This document shows, one piece after another, positions 11,445 to 23,049 of a DNA stretch of 64,000 nucleotides. Made by a program: the position numbers and the translations under genes. Source of the DNA: Octopus sinensis (lineage: Eukaryota); the NCBI RefSeq assembly GCF_006345805.1, contig NC_043003.1, positions 14,136,001 to 14,200,000 on the forward strand, read 5' to 3'. The notes below the pieces were generated by a model. The model did not search any database. It was not told the origin of the DNA and saw only the letters and a program-made list of their open reading frames with translations. Every line of letters begins with the position of its first letter. Positions within the stretch are counted from its first letter, which is position 1.

Positions 11445-12172
11445 AACCTTTTAGGATTTTGAACTGATCATATCCAGCTGAAATATTCTCCCAGTCCTAT
11501 GTTCAAACCAGCTGGATCCAGCCTCTCATGCCTACCCTAAGATATACAGTCACATCATTGAAATCTTGAAGCTATGAGATAATGCATGATTGGATTACAA
11601 CAATGTGACTACCGTAAATCCTCGAGTATAATCCACATTTTTTCCCCAAAATTTAAAGGTCAAAATCCCTAGTGCGTACTATATACGAGGTTAAAAATGA
11701 AAATTATTTTCTAAGCAATGTCTGAGTCTCTATTTGCTGTCCAGCAATGTTCATTCAGACACATTTTGTGATGTCGGGCGCGAAAATACATTAAGCTAAG
11801 CCTGAAAGCAATGAAGTCATAAAATAACCATCCATAACTTGCAGTAAGCAACATTTATTAAACGATATTACTGTTACTTCTTTATTTTCTGCAAACAAAA
11901 TGCACAAAAAAGCTACACGTTTGCATTATGTTATATATACAATAATAATATAGGACGTTACCGTGTATAGTTTTACAAACCAAAGACGTTATATAGACCT
12001 CCTTGGCTCAAGTTAGAGAAGGGGTGCGTATTATACACAAGGTTTAGGTTTTTCAGAGGTACAGCCCCCTAAAAAAATCCCTGCGTATTATACTCAAAGG
12101 TGGACTATACTCAAGGATTTACGGTAAATGAATATTACATGTGACAGAGTAATCTGAATGCCAAACAGCTAA
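11445..12172. mobile_element. TTAA-type (piggyBac-like) MITE family P1, interrupted by a pogo-like MITE
   Basis: Starts TTAACCTTTTAGGATT; the body matches intact copies (48434-48659) and resumes after 12126 with ...GACAGAGTAATCTGAATGC. Confidence 0.7.
11612..12124. mobile_element. Tc1/mariner-pogo superfamily MITE with TA target duplication
   Basis: TA|CCGTAAATCCTCGAGTATAATCC ... GGACTATACTCAAGGATTTACGG|TA; TIR about 23 bp with 2 mismatches. Confidence 0.85.
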
Positions 12173-12337
12173 GAACATTGGATCTCAAAAATTAGATGAA
12201 TTTGGATAATCAGCAACATTTAATGTCCACTTTCCATACTGGCATGGGTTTGTGGTGGTGGCAGGGGGCTTGACAGGAACTGACAAGGCCAGGGACAGCA
12301 CCAGGTTCCATAGTCTGTTTTGGTTTAATTTCTATAA

Positions 12338-12375
12338 ATGTTAAGATGTGGCACTTATGATAATAATAATAATAA

Positions 12376-12419
<44 letters not shown>

Positions 12420-12535
12420 TGATGATGATGGTAATAATGATAATAATAATAATAATAATAATTGTTTCTAATAATGCAATAATAATAGTAATTCTAGTAA
12501 TAATAGTAATAGTACTAGTTTTAGTAATAATAATG
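12338..12535. repeat. (AAT)n/(GAT)n/(AGT)n microsatellite
   Basis: Direct reading; source of the poly-Ile ORFs. Confidence 0.95.
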
Positions 12536-12958
12536 CTTTCCAGTACACAAGGCACCTGTGCTGGTGGCACATAAAAAGTACCCACTACTCTCACGGAATG
12601 GTTGGCGTTAGGAAGGGTATCCAGCCATAGAAACACTGCCAGATCAGACTGGAGCCTGGTGCAGCCTCCTGGCTTCCAAGACCCTGGCCGAACTGTCCAA
12701 CCCATGCTAGCATGGAAAACGGACGTTAAATGACGATGATGATGATGAACTGGATGCCCTTCCTAACGCCAACCCCTTTACAGAGTGTATTGGGTCCTTT
12801 TTACATGACAACATCACCAGTGCTTTTCACAAGGCACCAGCACCTACATCAATGATTTTTTTACATCATAGACTCTTGGAGATATCCTGTATTGCAGTCC
12901 CAGGAGAACCTATTCTTCAGTTCTTTGATTAGTTAAGCCTTTATACTATAGCCATCAA

Positions 12959-12998
<40 letters not shown>

Positions 12999-13519
12999 TT
13001 TTATTTATTTATTTATATCTGTATTCAACAACTCATTAAAAGCAATTGTTTTTCAGCAGTCAACCCAATAATATAATTATTATAGCACGTATATAAAACG
13101 TAACCTAAAATGACAGGCAATTTTTTTTTTTTAAGAGAAATATTAAATTAACAAATTAAAGCAGCCCAAATACAAATGGCATTGAATATTTTCTAAGTGG
13201 ATATTAAATCTTCACAAGTATTGTTGGTGAATTGGCAGAAACAGTACAATGCCAAAATTAAATTCTTTACAATGTGCTCAGAAAGATATTAATGTGTCAG
13301 CATTTCATTTTTACTCTCTTCTAGGGACCGAGTCTCACTCAAGCTCCCCGCCTTATCATTAACATACTCTTTTTTCACATACACTGTGTGGGCATAAATT
13401 ATAGGCCCTAAAGGCATTCACAACTATAAGATCCATTTTCTGGAATGTTTGGTACCAAAGCCACTCTAGATTACCGATTTTTCTGAGTCAAGGGTGATCA
13501 GACTTTAAATTAAGCAAAT

Positions 13520-13950
13520 ATTAACCTTGGATCGTAGAGTGACCCGCTGTTCTTGAGGAGACCTATTGAGTCAAGTACGTCAACACCAACATCAAAATGA
13601 AAATCAAATGGAAATTGTAGTTAAGACACCCATGCCTGTGACACGTAAAAGGCACCATCCGAACGTGGCAGATGTCAGCGCCGCCTGACTAGCATCTGTG
13701 TCGGTGATATGTAAAAGCACCAACCGATTGTGGCCGTTTGCCATCTCCTCTGGCCCCGGTGCCGGTGGCACGTAAAAAAACACCCACTACACTCATGGAG
13801 TGGTTGGTGTTAGGAAGGCATCCAGCTGTAGAAACACTGCCAAATCAGACTGGAGCCTGGTGCAGCCTCCATGGCTTACCAGACCCCGGTCGAACCGTCC
13901 AACCCATGCTAGCATGGAAAACGGATGTTAAATGATGATGATGATGATTA
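13520..13950 (+). mobile_element. RTE LINE 3' UTR copy (family C)
   Basis: Repeated GGCACGTAAAA(A)GCACC subunits, GTTAGGAAGGCATCCAG, CCATGCTAGCATGG palindrome and (GAT)n tail; same UTR as the ORF-linked copy at 55524-56218. Confidence 0.85.
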
Positions 13951-15315
13951 AATTTATTTATAAATATAGATGCAAGTGTGGCTGTGACAGTAAGATGCTT
14001 ACTTCCTAACTATGTGGTCTTTGGTTTAGTCCCACTGTGTGGCACCAAGGGCAAGTGTCTTCTACTTTAGCCCCAGGTCAATCAAAATCCTGTGAGTGAA
14101 TCTGGTAGATGGAAACTGAAAGAAGCCCATCATATATGTACATATGTGTGTGTCTATGTGCATGTGTCTTTGTATGTATTTGTGTTGTGTCTGTCCCACA
14201 CCACAGTTTGACAACCAGTGTTGCTTTGTTTTTGTCTCTGCAACTAAGTGACTTACCAATAGAATGAGTACCAAATGACTAAATTACAACAGGTATATAG
14301 TTCATTTTTTTTTTGTATTATAGTGTATTGTTGTACCATTCTAAACTTTTTATTTTTTACAAACAATACACAATGCTTCAAGCAAACTACAATACTCTCC
14401 CACTGTAAATTCCAATGACGGAACTTAGATTTTAGTTATGAGACTTATTCTATTGGAGAATTTTTGAAGAATAATGGAGAGTATAAAATACAAACACACA
14501 CACATACACACACACAATTTTATGCAAAAAATAAATTTTCCAATTCAGCTCCAATTAACAAATAATCTTCATAGAAAATTACATTAACTTATCCATAAAA
14601 CTGAAACCTTTTCAGTCCTTTAAGCTTAGTAACAAAATAAGTTTTTACGCTTTTATTAAAGAATTATAAATATTATTAAAAGGTTAATTACTAGAAGATG
14701 ACCTCTACTGTTAACTATTCAGATATACTTAAATAAAGAACTGAAACATATATTTAAAACAAAAACAACGATAAAGTAAGTGTTCTGTGATAGATGTGCA
14801 TTAATGGATAAAAAATCCATAAGAATTAGCCGTTGATTATATCAGGATCCAAAATTAGTATCAAACAAAGCAGAATCTGAGTATTGTTTTGAGATGGCAA
14901 TAATTTTATTATTTTGTAATCGCCCATAGAAACGGTGTTTTATAAAGCGATAGTATATTTTAATACACATAATAGGACTATCCCCCGTTAGGTCAACTCT
15001 CAATATCATCTGAAAACCTCAAACTTCAGCAGAGATTGCTTCTCTGCAAGCTTACAAATTTTTCTGGTTTGCAATTATTAAAGTGGTGAATTAAAAATAT
15101 AAAAATAAAATCCGTTAAAGCAGAAATAATAATGAAATTATAGTGTTGTGGATAAATGGACGACTAATTAATCTATAATAATTCCTAAATTATCTACATT
15201 GATCGTATTTATTTAGTAAGAGAAACATATCAATTAAAATGAAGTTAAATTCTTTAAAAAAGCATATCTTTAAACTGTGAAAAATTCAATCATCATCATC
15301 ATCATCATCACCAAC

Positions 15316-15544
15316 TAATCCTTTTGTTACCATATTTCTGTTGAGATACTTTGGGTTAATTTCAATTAATTTTAAATATAATGAAGAATTTGGTAAAATA
15401 ACTTTGTTAGCGTAAGCTGGTGTTAGGAACATAAATTGTGACTAAGGTTTGGTGGAAGATTTTAATTCAGAGCTTTTGGAAACAAGACATTTGCACGACT
15501 GAGCCAGGGGCAGTCTCTGGTGGGTTGGTACCAAAAAGGGTTAA
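15316..15544. mobile_element. TTAA-type MITE family P2
   Basis: CTAA|TCCTTTTGTTACCA ... TGGTACCAAAAAGGG|TTAA; body shared with 22795-23014. Confidence 0.75.
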
Positions 15545-15744
15545 TGTCTCCTTTTCCATGCTTGGATAGGTCAGACAGAATTTTTCAAAGCAAATTTTCT
15601 CCAGCTGGATGCCCTTCCTGCCACCAACCTCTAGACAAGTTAATATTCCCCCATGGATGGACATAGTCACTTGCATGACGGTAATGTAGTTCATATACAA
15701 CCATGATGTCAAGACACAAGTACACAAATACCCACACATATATC

Positions 15745-16200
15745 ATCATCATCATCACCATCATTTAACGTCCGTTTTTCATGCTGGTATGGATTGGACA
15801 GTTTCATTGGAGCTAGTAAGGCTAGGGGCCACACAAGACTCCATGGTCTGTTCTGGCATGGTTTCTACAGCTGGATGCCCTTCCTAACACCAACCACTCC
15901 ACAGATTGTACTGGGTGCTTTTAACGTGGCACCAGCACCAGTATCAATTCTGCTGTGGTGGACAGGTCTTCTTGAGCACAGCAAGGCCCCACATATCTCA
16001 GTCCTTAGTCATCTCCTTCATAACGCTCAGTGTTTTGATATCAGCCTACAATAATTCGTTCTATGTCTTCTTGGGTGACCCTCTTCCACAAGTTCTGCCC
16101 AGATCCATACGCATCACATGGCCAAACCAGTGCAGTCTTCTCTCTTGCACATTACATTTAATTCCTCTTATGCCTAACTTTTCCTTCAAAAACACTGATG
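15745..16200 (-). mobile_element. RTE LINE 3' fragment with ORF remnant
   Basis: Minus strand about 16180-16065 translates LGIRGIKCNVQERRLHWFGHVMRMD...GRGSPKKT (RTE RRLxWFGHVxRM and GRP motifs); (CAT)n tail at 15745. Confidence 0.85.
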
Positions 16201-16608
16201 CTGTCACCGAATCATTAATTTTCATAAATTTCTGTGTGGCACTTTGGACAAATGTCCACTACTGAGTAAGGTGGACATGGAAAAGTTTTGGTGTCTCATG
16301 ATGAGGTTTGAATTTACAGCTCCCCCACGAGACATAGTTCATTTTATCTAATCAACGACACCCAATTACTATGTGAACAATGAACCAAAAATCTAGTATA
16401 TCTGTTCCTACCTTTGTAGAAAGGAGAGTAAGACTTCAACCACCTCTTTCTCACACACACACACACATACACACACACACTCTCATGCAATCACATGTCC
16501 ATACATACACACTTTCACCTGCCAATCTAGCAATCTGTCAAAGCCAACCATGAAAAGTGACTTTGCTATTTAAGAAAGAAAGTAACAATTATAAATTCCT
16601 AACAATAA

Positions 16609-18070
16609 GTGTGTGTGTGGCTTGGAGTGTGTGTGTGGCTTGGAGTATGTGTGTGTGTTTGTGTTTGTGTGTGTGGCTTGGAGTGTGTGAGTGTGTGTTT
16701 GTGGCTTGGAGTGTGTGTGTGTGTTTGTGACCTGGAGTGTGTGAGTAAGTGTTTGTGGCCTGGAGTGTGTGTGTTTGTGTGTGAGTATGTGTTTGTGGCT
16801 TGGAGTATGTGTGTGGCTTGGAGTGTGTGCATTGTGTGTGTGGCTTGGAGTGTGTGAGTGTGTGTTTGTGGCTTGGAGTGTGTGTGTTTGTGACCTGGAG
16901 TGTGTGTGTTTGTGTGTGAGTATGTGTTTGTGGCTTGGAGTATGTGTGTGGCTTGGAGTGTGTGAGTGTGTGTTTGTGGCTTGGAGTGTGTGCATTTGTG
17001 TGTGTGGCTTGGAGTGTATGAGTGTGTGTTTGTGGCCTGGAGTGTGTGTGGCTTGGAGTGTGTGAGTGTGTGTTTGTGGCTTGGAGTATGTGTGTGGCTT
17101 GGAGTGTGTGCATTTGTGTGTGTGGCTTGGAGTGTGTGAGTGTGTGTTTGTGGCTTGGAGTATGTGTGTGGCTTGGAGTGTGTGAGTAAGTGTTTGTGGC
17201 CTGGAGTGTGTGTGGCTTGGAGTGTGTGAGTATGTGTTTGTGGCTTGGAGTATGTGTGTGGCTTGGAGTGTGTGAGTGTGTGTTTGTGGCTTGGAGTATG
17301 TGTGTGGCTTGGAGTGTGTGCATTTGTGTGTGTGTGGCTTGGAGTGTGTGAGTGTGTGTTTGTGGCTTGGAGTATGTGTGTGGCTTGGAGTGTGTGCATT
17401 TGTGTGTGTGGCTTGGAGTGTGTGAGTGTGTGTTTGTGGCTTGGAGTGTGTGTGTGGCTTGGAGTGTGTGAGTAAGTGTTTGTGGCCTGGAGTGTGTGTG
17501 GCTTGGAGTGTGTGTGTGTGTGTGTTTGTGGCTTGGAGTAGTGTGTGTGGCTTGGAGTGTGTGAGTGTGTGTTTGTGTGTGGCTTGGAGTGTGTGTGTGT
17601 TTGTGTGTGAGTATGTGTTGTGGCTTGGAGTGTGTGAGTGTGTGTTTGTGGCTTGGAGTGTGTGTGTGTGTTTGTGACCTGGAGTGTGTGAGTAAGTGTT
17701 TGTGGCCTGGAGTGTGTGTGTTTGTGTGTGAGTATGTGTTTGTGGCTTGGAGTATGTGTGTGGCTTGGAGTGTGTGAGTGTGTGTTTGTGGCCTGGAGTG
17801 TGTGTGGCTTGGAGTGTGTGAGTATGTGTTTGTGGCTTGGAGTATGTGTGTGGCTTGGAGTGTGTGAGTGTGTGTTTGTGGCTTGGAGTGTGTGTGTGTT
17901 TGTGTGTGGCTTGGAATGTTTGTGCGTGTGTTTGTGGCTTGGAGTGTGTGTATGCTTGTAGGCTCGGAATGCGTATGTGTTTGCGTGTGTGTGGCTTGGA
18001 GTGTGTGTGTGTGTGCATGGTGTGTAGAATATGTGTGTGTGGAGCGTGTGTGGAGTGTGTGTGTGTGTTC
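16609..18070. repeat. GT-derived minisatellite, core GTGGCTTGGAGT separated by variable (GT)n spacers
   Basis: Dozens of units visible; variant cores GTGACCTGGAGT and GTGGCCTGGAGT; decayed units at the right end. Confidence 0.95.
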
Positions 18071-18501
18071 TGGGGTGAACAGACAAAGGAAAAGCAAGAC
18101 CTAGACTGATAGATTCAGCTGGTTGAAGCAATTACAGAAGATATTAGTCAAGATGAGATTCATAAAACAGCTGCCATGAGCAACAATTTTTAATGAAAGA
18201 GGGAGCAACAATTTATTATTAATTCAAAGAGATGAAAACATAAACACACTGACCAATAAACAACACCATTTTTAATAAGCAACAATCACTGTGCCAACAT
18301 TTGTTTCTCCATTATTAAGTGTCATTATATCACAACATAAGTGCTGTAGTAGTGATACTACTACTACTACTACTACTACTACTACAACAACTACTACTAC
18401 TACCACCACCACTACTACCACTACTACTACAACTACTACTACTACTACTAATAATAATAATAATAAGTGTCACTTTGATGGCATGCACTGCTCTCTCACT
18501 C

Positions 18502-18532
<31 letters not shown>

Positions 18533-19090
18533 TCCCCGATGCAGTACCAGGTACTGACTCTCATGGCTTCTGATCTTAACTGATTGGAAGTGTTATCATG
18601 TACATTGTTTTGTCTTGGTGAAAAGGATGGGCTACAGCAAATATTCTGCTCAATACCACAGATTTGCTTTTCACCTTAACCAGTTGAGCATGTCCCTTAG
18701 TGGCTGACGATATGTGCATCTCTGATCACGAGCAGAATTAGTGAGGGAGCATCATGGCCATGTGTTGAAAGGAATTTTATTTGGGGTTTGAATAATTCAC
18801 CTCTGGAAACATGGGTGTTTCATTCAACGTCCTTAAACAAACCTTATTCAGGGACCTTTTGAGCGGGATGGGCTACTCAACTTGAAGAAAATTCTAACTG
18901 GGCCCCACCTACAAAGTCATGCACTGTTTATTTTGATATGAGATCACCATGTCGCGCACATATGGTTGTGATGCATGTGCCTGGTGTACCCTTATCAGAC
19001 AGGTAGTCATGATGGGTATATTGGGCTTCATATATTTTACCTCAGTGTCACTTTGATGGCATGCACTGCTCTCTCACTCAACAATAATAA
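18533..19090 (+). mobile_element. (AAT)n-associated family B, longest copy (about 550 bp)
   Basis: Flanked by (AAT)n on both sides; no ORF; preceded by a 36-bp 3'-only copy at 18466-18501. Confidence 0.85.
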
Positions 19091-19715
19091 TAATAATAAC
19101 AATAACAACAACTATAGATAAGTTGTTTACTTATCGACCTATCATGCCTGTTTGATTCCAGGATCATAAAGAAAGAGGAAGAAAAACAAGTAAAATGTAA
19201 TCCCTTAAAATTTGAAATAAGAAGAATTTGGAGCATGTGAACAGTAAAGGTGGTGCCTATAACAATTGGGGCATAATAATAACAATCATAATCCTTTTTT
19301 GTATAGGCACAAGGCCAGAAATTTAGGGGAAGGAGATAGTCAATTACATCAACCTCAGTATGAAATAGGCACTTAATTTTTGACCCTGAAAGGATGAAAG
19401 GAAAAGCTGACCTCAACAGAATTGGAGCTCAGATCGTAAGACAGGTGAAATACTGCAAAGGATTTTTTACCTGGTGTGCTAACAGTTCTGGTGACTCACC
19501 ACCTAACACACGGCTTTATGTTAATTACAATATGAAGAAAAATTTGAAGGAGTGAAATGAAAAGTTTAAACCACAATAGAATTTGTACTTGAAACCCTCC
19601 TGAGAAATTGGAGTACGAAGTGCAGGCAATGCATGTTGTTAAGGTGTTGGACGGCTTGGAAAAATACTGGCAATGATTGAGAAGAAAATGAAAGGAAAAT
19701 AATTAGAAAAAAGAT

Positions 19716-20134
19716 GGATCTTTTCGGTTTGAACGGCAGATTTTCTAGCGGTGTCATATGAAATTGTCACCCATAATTATGACCCTAGTATCGATCTATT
19801 GCATTTCAATCTGTTTTAGGGTTAGGGTTAGTTAGGGTTAGGGGTGGGAGGAAGGATATCTTTTTTTCTTCAGAAATGTAAATAAACCCAATCTGTTTCT
19901 TAAACGAGGAACATATTCATATGGCACAGAATGTTTTCACCTCAATAGACGTCATTGATTGGTTGAAATTGAAGAAAAAAAAAACAACAAATATCTTACA
20001 AACCATAGAATTTTCTCAATAAAGCCAAGAGAAAAGGACGTTTTATAAACACATTCTACCAGTATACGAAGTTGAAAAGTGTTTAGTTACATGGAAATAA
20101 TTTTAAAATACTGCCGTTCAAACCGAAAAGATCC
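19716..20134. mobile_element. MITE with perfect 24-bp TIRs and internal TTAGGG repeats
   Basis: GGATCTTTTCGGTTTGAACGGCAG ... CTGCCGTTCAAACCGAAAAGATCC; TTAGGGTTAGGGTTAGTTAGGGTTAGGG at about 19816-19843. Superfamily unresolved. Confidence 0.9.
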
Positions 20135-20625
20135 GAAGAAATACAAGGGTTGAATTCGATCCTTAGCCTAATACTAAGTGTGTGTATAATGTGTGGTGGT
20201 TAATAAACCAAACAAAAATAGTTTATGTTTAGTAATGAATGCAAATTGTTAGAACGGAGTTATGAATAAATGATCAAAAGAAACAGATTGCTGAGTTTTC
20301 AGCACTAGATGTTTAGTAATCAAGGGAAAATTGTCAACTTATGACAACTTAACATTAAACAATCAAGAGATAACATAATGAGTTTGACAATCTCTATAAT
20401 AACAATAACCGCGTGCGCACATGTGTGTGTGAGTATCGGCTGGTTCGGTGAAGGCTGGAGGTGGTTGTGGATAGAATATGTTAAATCTGTTGTCGTAGTT
20501 CTTCTCTGAAGGAAATGTTACAAATTCCAGCAATTCTATGAAGAAATGACAACTTGTAACTGAAACGTGTGAATCTTTCTTTTCTTTCTATCTTTTACTT
20601 TTTCTGGTCATTGGACTGCGACCAT

Positions 20626-20861
20626 AGGGCGGCGAGCTGGCAGAAACGTTAGCACGCCGGGCGAGATGCTTAGCGGTATTTTGTCCGTCGTTACGTTCCG
20701 AGTTCAAATTCCGCCAAGGTCGACTTTGCCTTTCATCCTTCCGGGGTCGATTAAATAAAGTACCGGTTTCGCACTGGGGTCGATGTAATCGACTTAATCC
20801 CTTTGTCTGTCTTTGTTTGTCCCCTCTGTGTTTAGCCCCTTGTGGGCAGTAAAGAAATATA
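20626..20861 (+). mobile_element. SINE family M (tail 1), full length, inserted into a family A copy
   Basis: A-box TGGCAGAAACG, B-box GAGTTCAAATTCC; 12-bp TSD GACTGCGACCAT at 20614-20625 and 20862-20873. Confidence 0.92.
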
Positions 20862-21391
20862 GACTGCGACCATGCTGGGGCACCCCACTGATGGGTTTAG
20901 TTGTACAAATTGCACCCTGCCCCCAACCAATTAGTAATTTTGTTTTTCTTCTTGCTTGTTTTCGTTTTTTTAAGTCTGAGACAACTTATTCTTATGGTCT
21001 CTTTCACTGAATTGCTAATGTACGCAGATGTGAACAAACCAACACTGGTTGCCAAGCAGTGACTGTGACCATGGAGAACAAACACACACAAAGATATACA
21101 TACAAACCTCTGTGTGTGTGAGTGTGCACATGTATATATATGTATACATGTATGTATGTATGTATGTATTGTGTGTATGTATGTATGTGTATGTATGTAT
21201 GTGTGTGTATGTATTGTGTGTATGTATGTATGTATGTATGTATGTGTGTGTATGTATTGTGTGTATGCATGTGTGTGTATATATAAATACACACACACAC
21301 ATGTACACACACATATACACAACAAGCGTCCCCAGTTTCTATCTACTATATCCACTCACAAGACATTAGCCAGCCTGGAGCTAAAGGGCTT

Positions 21392-21586
21392 CGCCATAAT
21401 AGATCACTAGCCACTAAACCTTTTTTTTTATTTTCTCTCCCTGTTTATTTCCGTGTTCCATTCTGTTAAAGAGCGTAGGCTCGAAATGTAAAAGACTTTC
21501 TCACTTCCCAAGCGTTAAACTAATACATCTATTTGATGTTTACACACCCATCTTCATCTTTTGTTTTTTTGTAAATTCTCACTATA
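21392..21586 (+). mobile_element. Penelope-like terminal-repeat fragment with degenerate hammerhead motif
   Basis: Homologous to 35415-35610 and 32410-32570; ends at TATA inside a family A SINE. Confidence 0.6.
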
Positions 21587-22019
21587 GTTGAAGACACATG
21601 TCCAAGGTGTCACGCAATGGGATTGAGCCTAAAACCACATAATTGCAAAGCAACCTTCTTGACCCCTCCGCCACGTCTTTGACAAGTTTATCAATATTTT
21701 TGGATGATTAGTAATTGTCCATAATTGCAAATCTCTCCACATCACTGATGGTGACCAAGAGAAAGGCCACTGTCTTAGGGTTGACACAATTTGACATCAG
21801 TGTCATTGCAGACATTGATGTTAGAACACAAAAGGACTGGAGTAATCACCACAAGGTATCACATCAGATTCTCTAATATTCTGCCAATCTGGTACTTTGT
21901 TTAATGAAACCCGAAAGGAGAAAAGACATCGTTGACCTCAGCAGGATTTGATGTCAGAGCATGGAGAATCACAAGTAAACACCATGGGCCATACCATCCA
22001 ATACCCTTACATTATCTAT

Positions 22020-22380
22020 CATCATCATCATCATCGTTTAATGTCCGCTTTCCATGCTAGCATGGGTTGGACAATTTGACTAAATACTGGCGATCCAGAT
22101 GGCTGCACCAGGCTCCAATCTTGATCTGGCAGAGTTTCTACAGCTGGATGCCCTTCCTAATGCCAACCACTCTGAGTGTTAAGTGGGTGCTTTTACGTGC
22201 CACTGGCACAGGGACCAGTCAGGTGGTACTGGCAAAGGGCACGTTCAAATGGTGTTTTTTTACATGCCTCCTGCACAGGAGCCAGTCCAGCAGCACTGGC
22301 AATGACCTCACTCAAATTTTTTTTCACGTGCCACCGGCACAAGTGCCAGTAAGGCAACGCTGGTAATGATCACGCTAAAC
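22020..22380 (-). mobile_element. RTE 3' UTR copy (family C)
   Basis: (CAT)n tail, CCATGCTAGCATGG and repeated subunits. Further copies lie at about 435-560, 12555-12750, 25330-25520, 28420-28680, 31190-31440, 37370-37745, 48950-49425, 51325-51750, 56320-56510 and 63770-63975. Confidence 0.85.
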
Positions 22381-22590
22381 AATAAAATGAAAGAAGTGTC
22401 CTCACTACAGCAGCTGGAACGAAAACAATGCACCCAGCACACATGAGTAAAATAAAATGGTTGGTGTCAGGAAGAGCATCCAGCCACAGAAATTATACTA
22501 AAGCAGGCACCGGAAGCATGCAGCGATCCTTCGGACCATCAGAGCCTGTTAAAGAATCCGACCCATGACAGCCTGAAACATGGATGCTAA

Positions 22591-23049
22591 TCCTTTAGCA
22601 TTCAGATTACTCGGTCAAATGGACATGGCCAGTTTAAACGCTTATTTACTCATACTGTTTTCAATAAGTTATTCAATATCTCGTAGCTTTGATATTTCAA
22701 TTAAATGACAATTTAGCTTTAAAAATGGCATTGTAGGGATGGTGTGAGAGGCTGGATCTGGTTGGTTTAAATATAAAACAGGTAGAATATTTAACCTTTT
22801 CATTACTGTATTTCTGTTGAGATGCTCTGTGTTTCTTTCAATTACTTTAAATATAACAACGAGTTTAGTAAAATAACTTAGTTATCATTAAGCTAGTGTT
22901 AGGAACATAAATTGTGACTAAGGTTTGGTGGAAGATTTGAATTCAAAACTTATAAAAACAAGACATTTGTACTCAGAGACAGAGCCGGTTTCAGCTGGGT
23001 TGTTATCGAAGGGGTTAAGCCGGATACAGCCGGATTAAATGCTAAAGGG
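22591..23049. mobile_element. TTAA-type MITE P1 with a P2 MITE nested at an internal TTAA
   Basis: Outer ends TCCTTTAGCATT ... AATGCTAAAGGG|TTAA; inner element 22795-23014 bounded by TTAA at 22791-22794 and 23015-23018. Confidence 0.85.

Noticed and set aside
16570-18131. Three 482-510 aa His/Thr-rich ORFs
   Set aside because: All three frames are open only because the AC-rich strand of the minisatellite lacks stop codons. There are no domains or splice signals.
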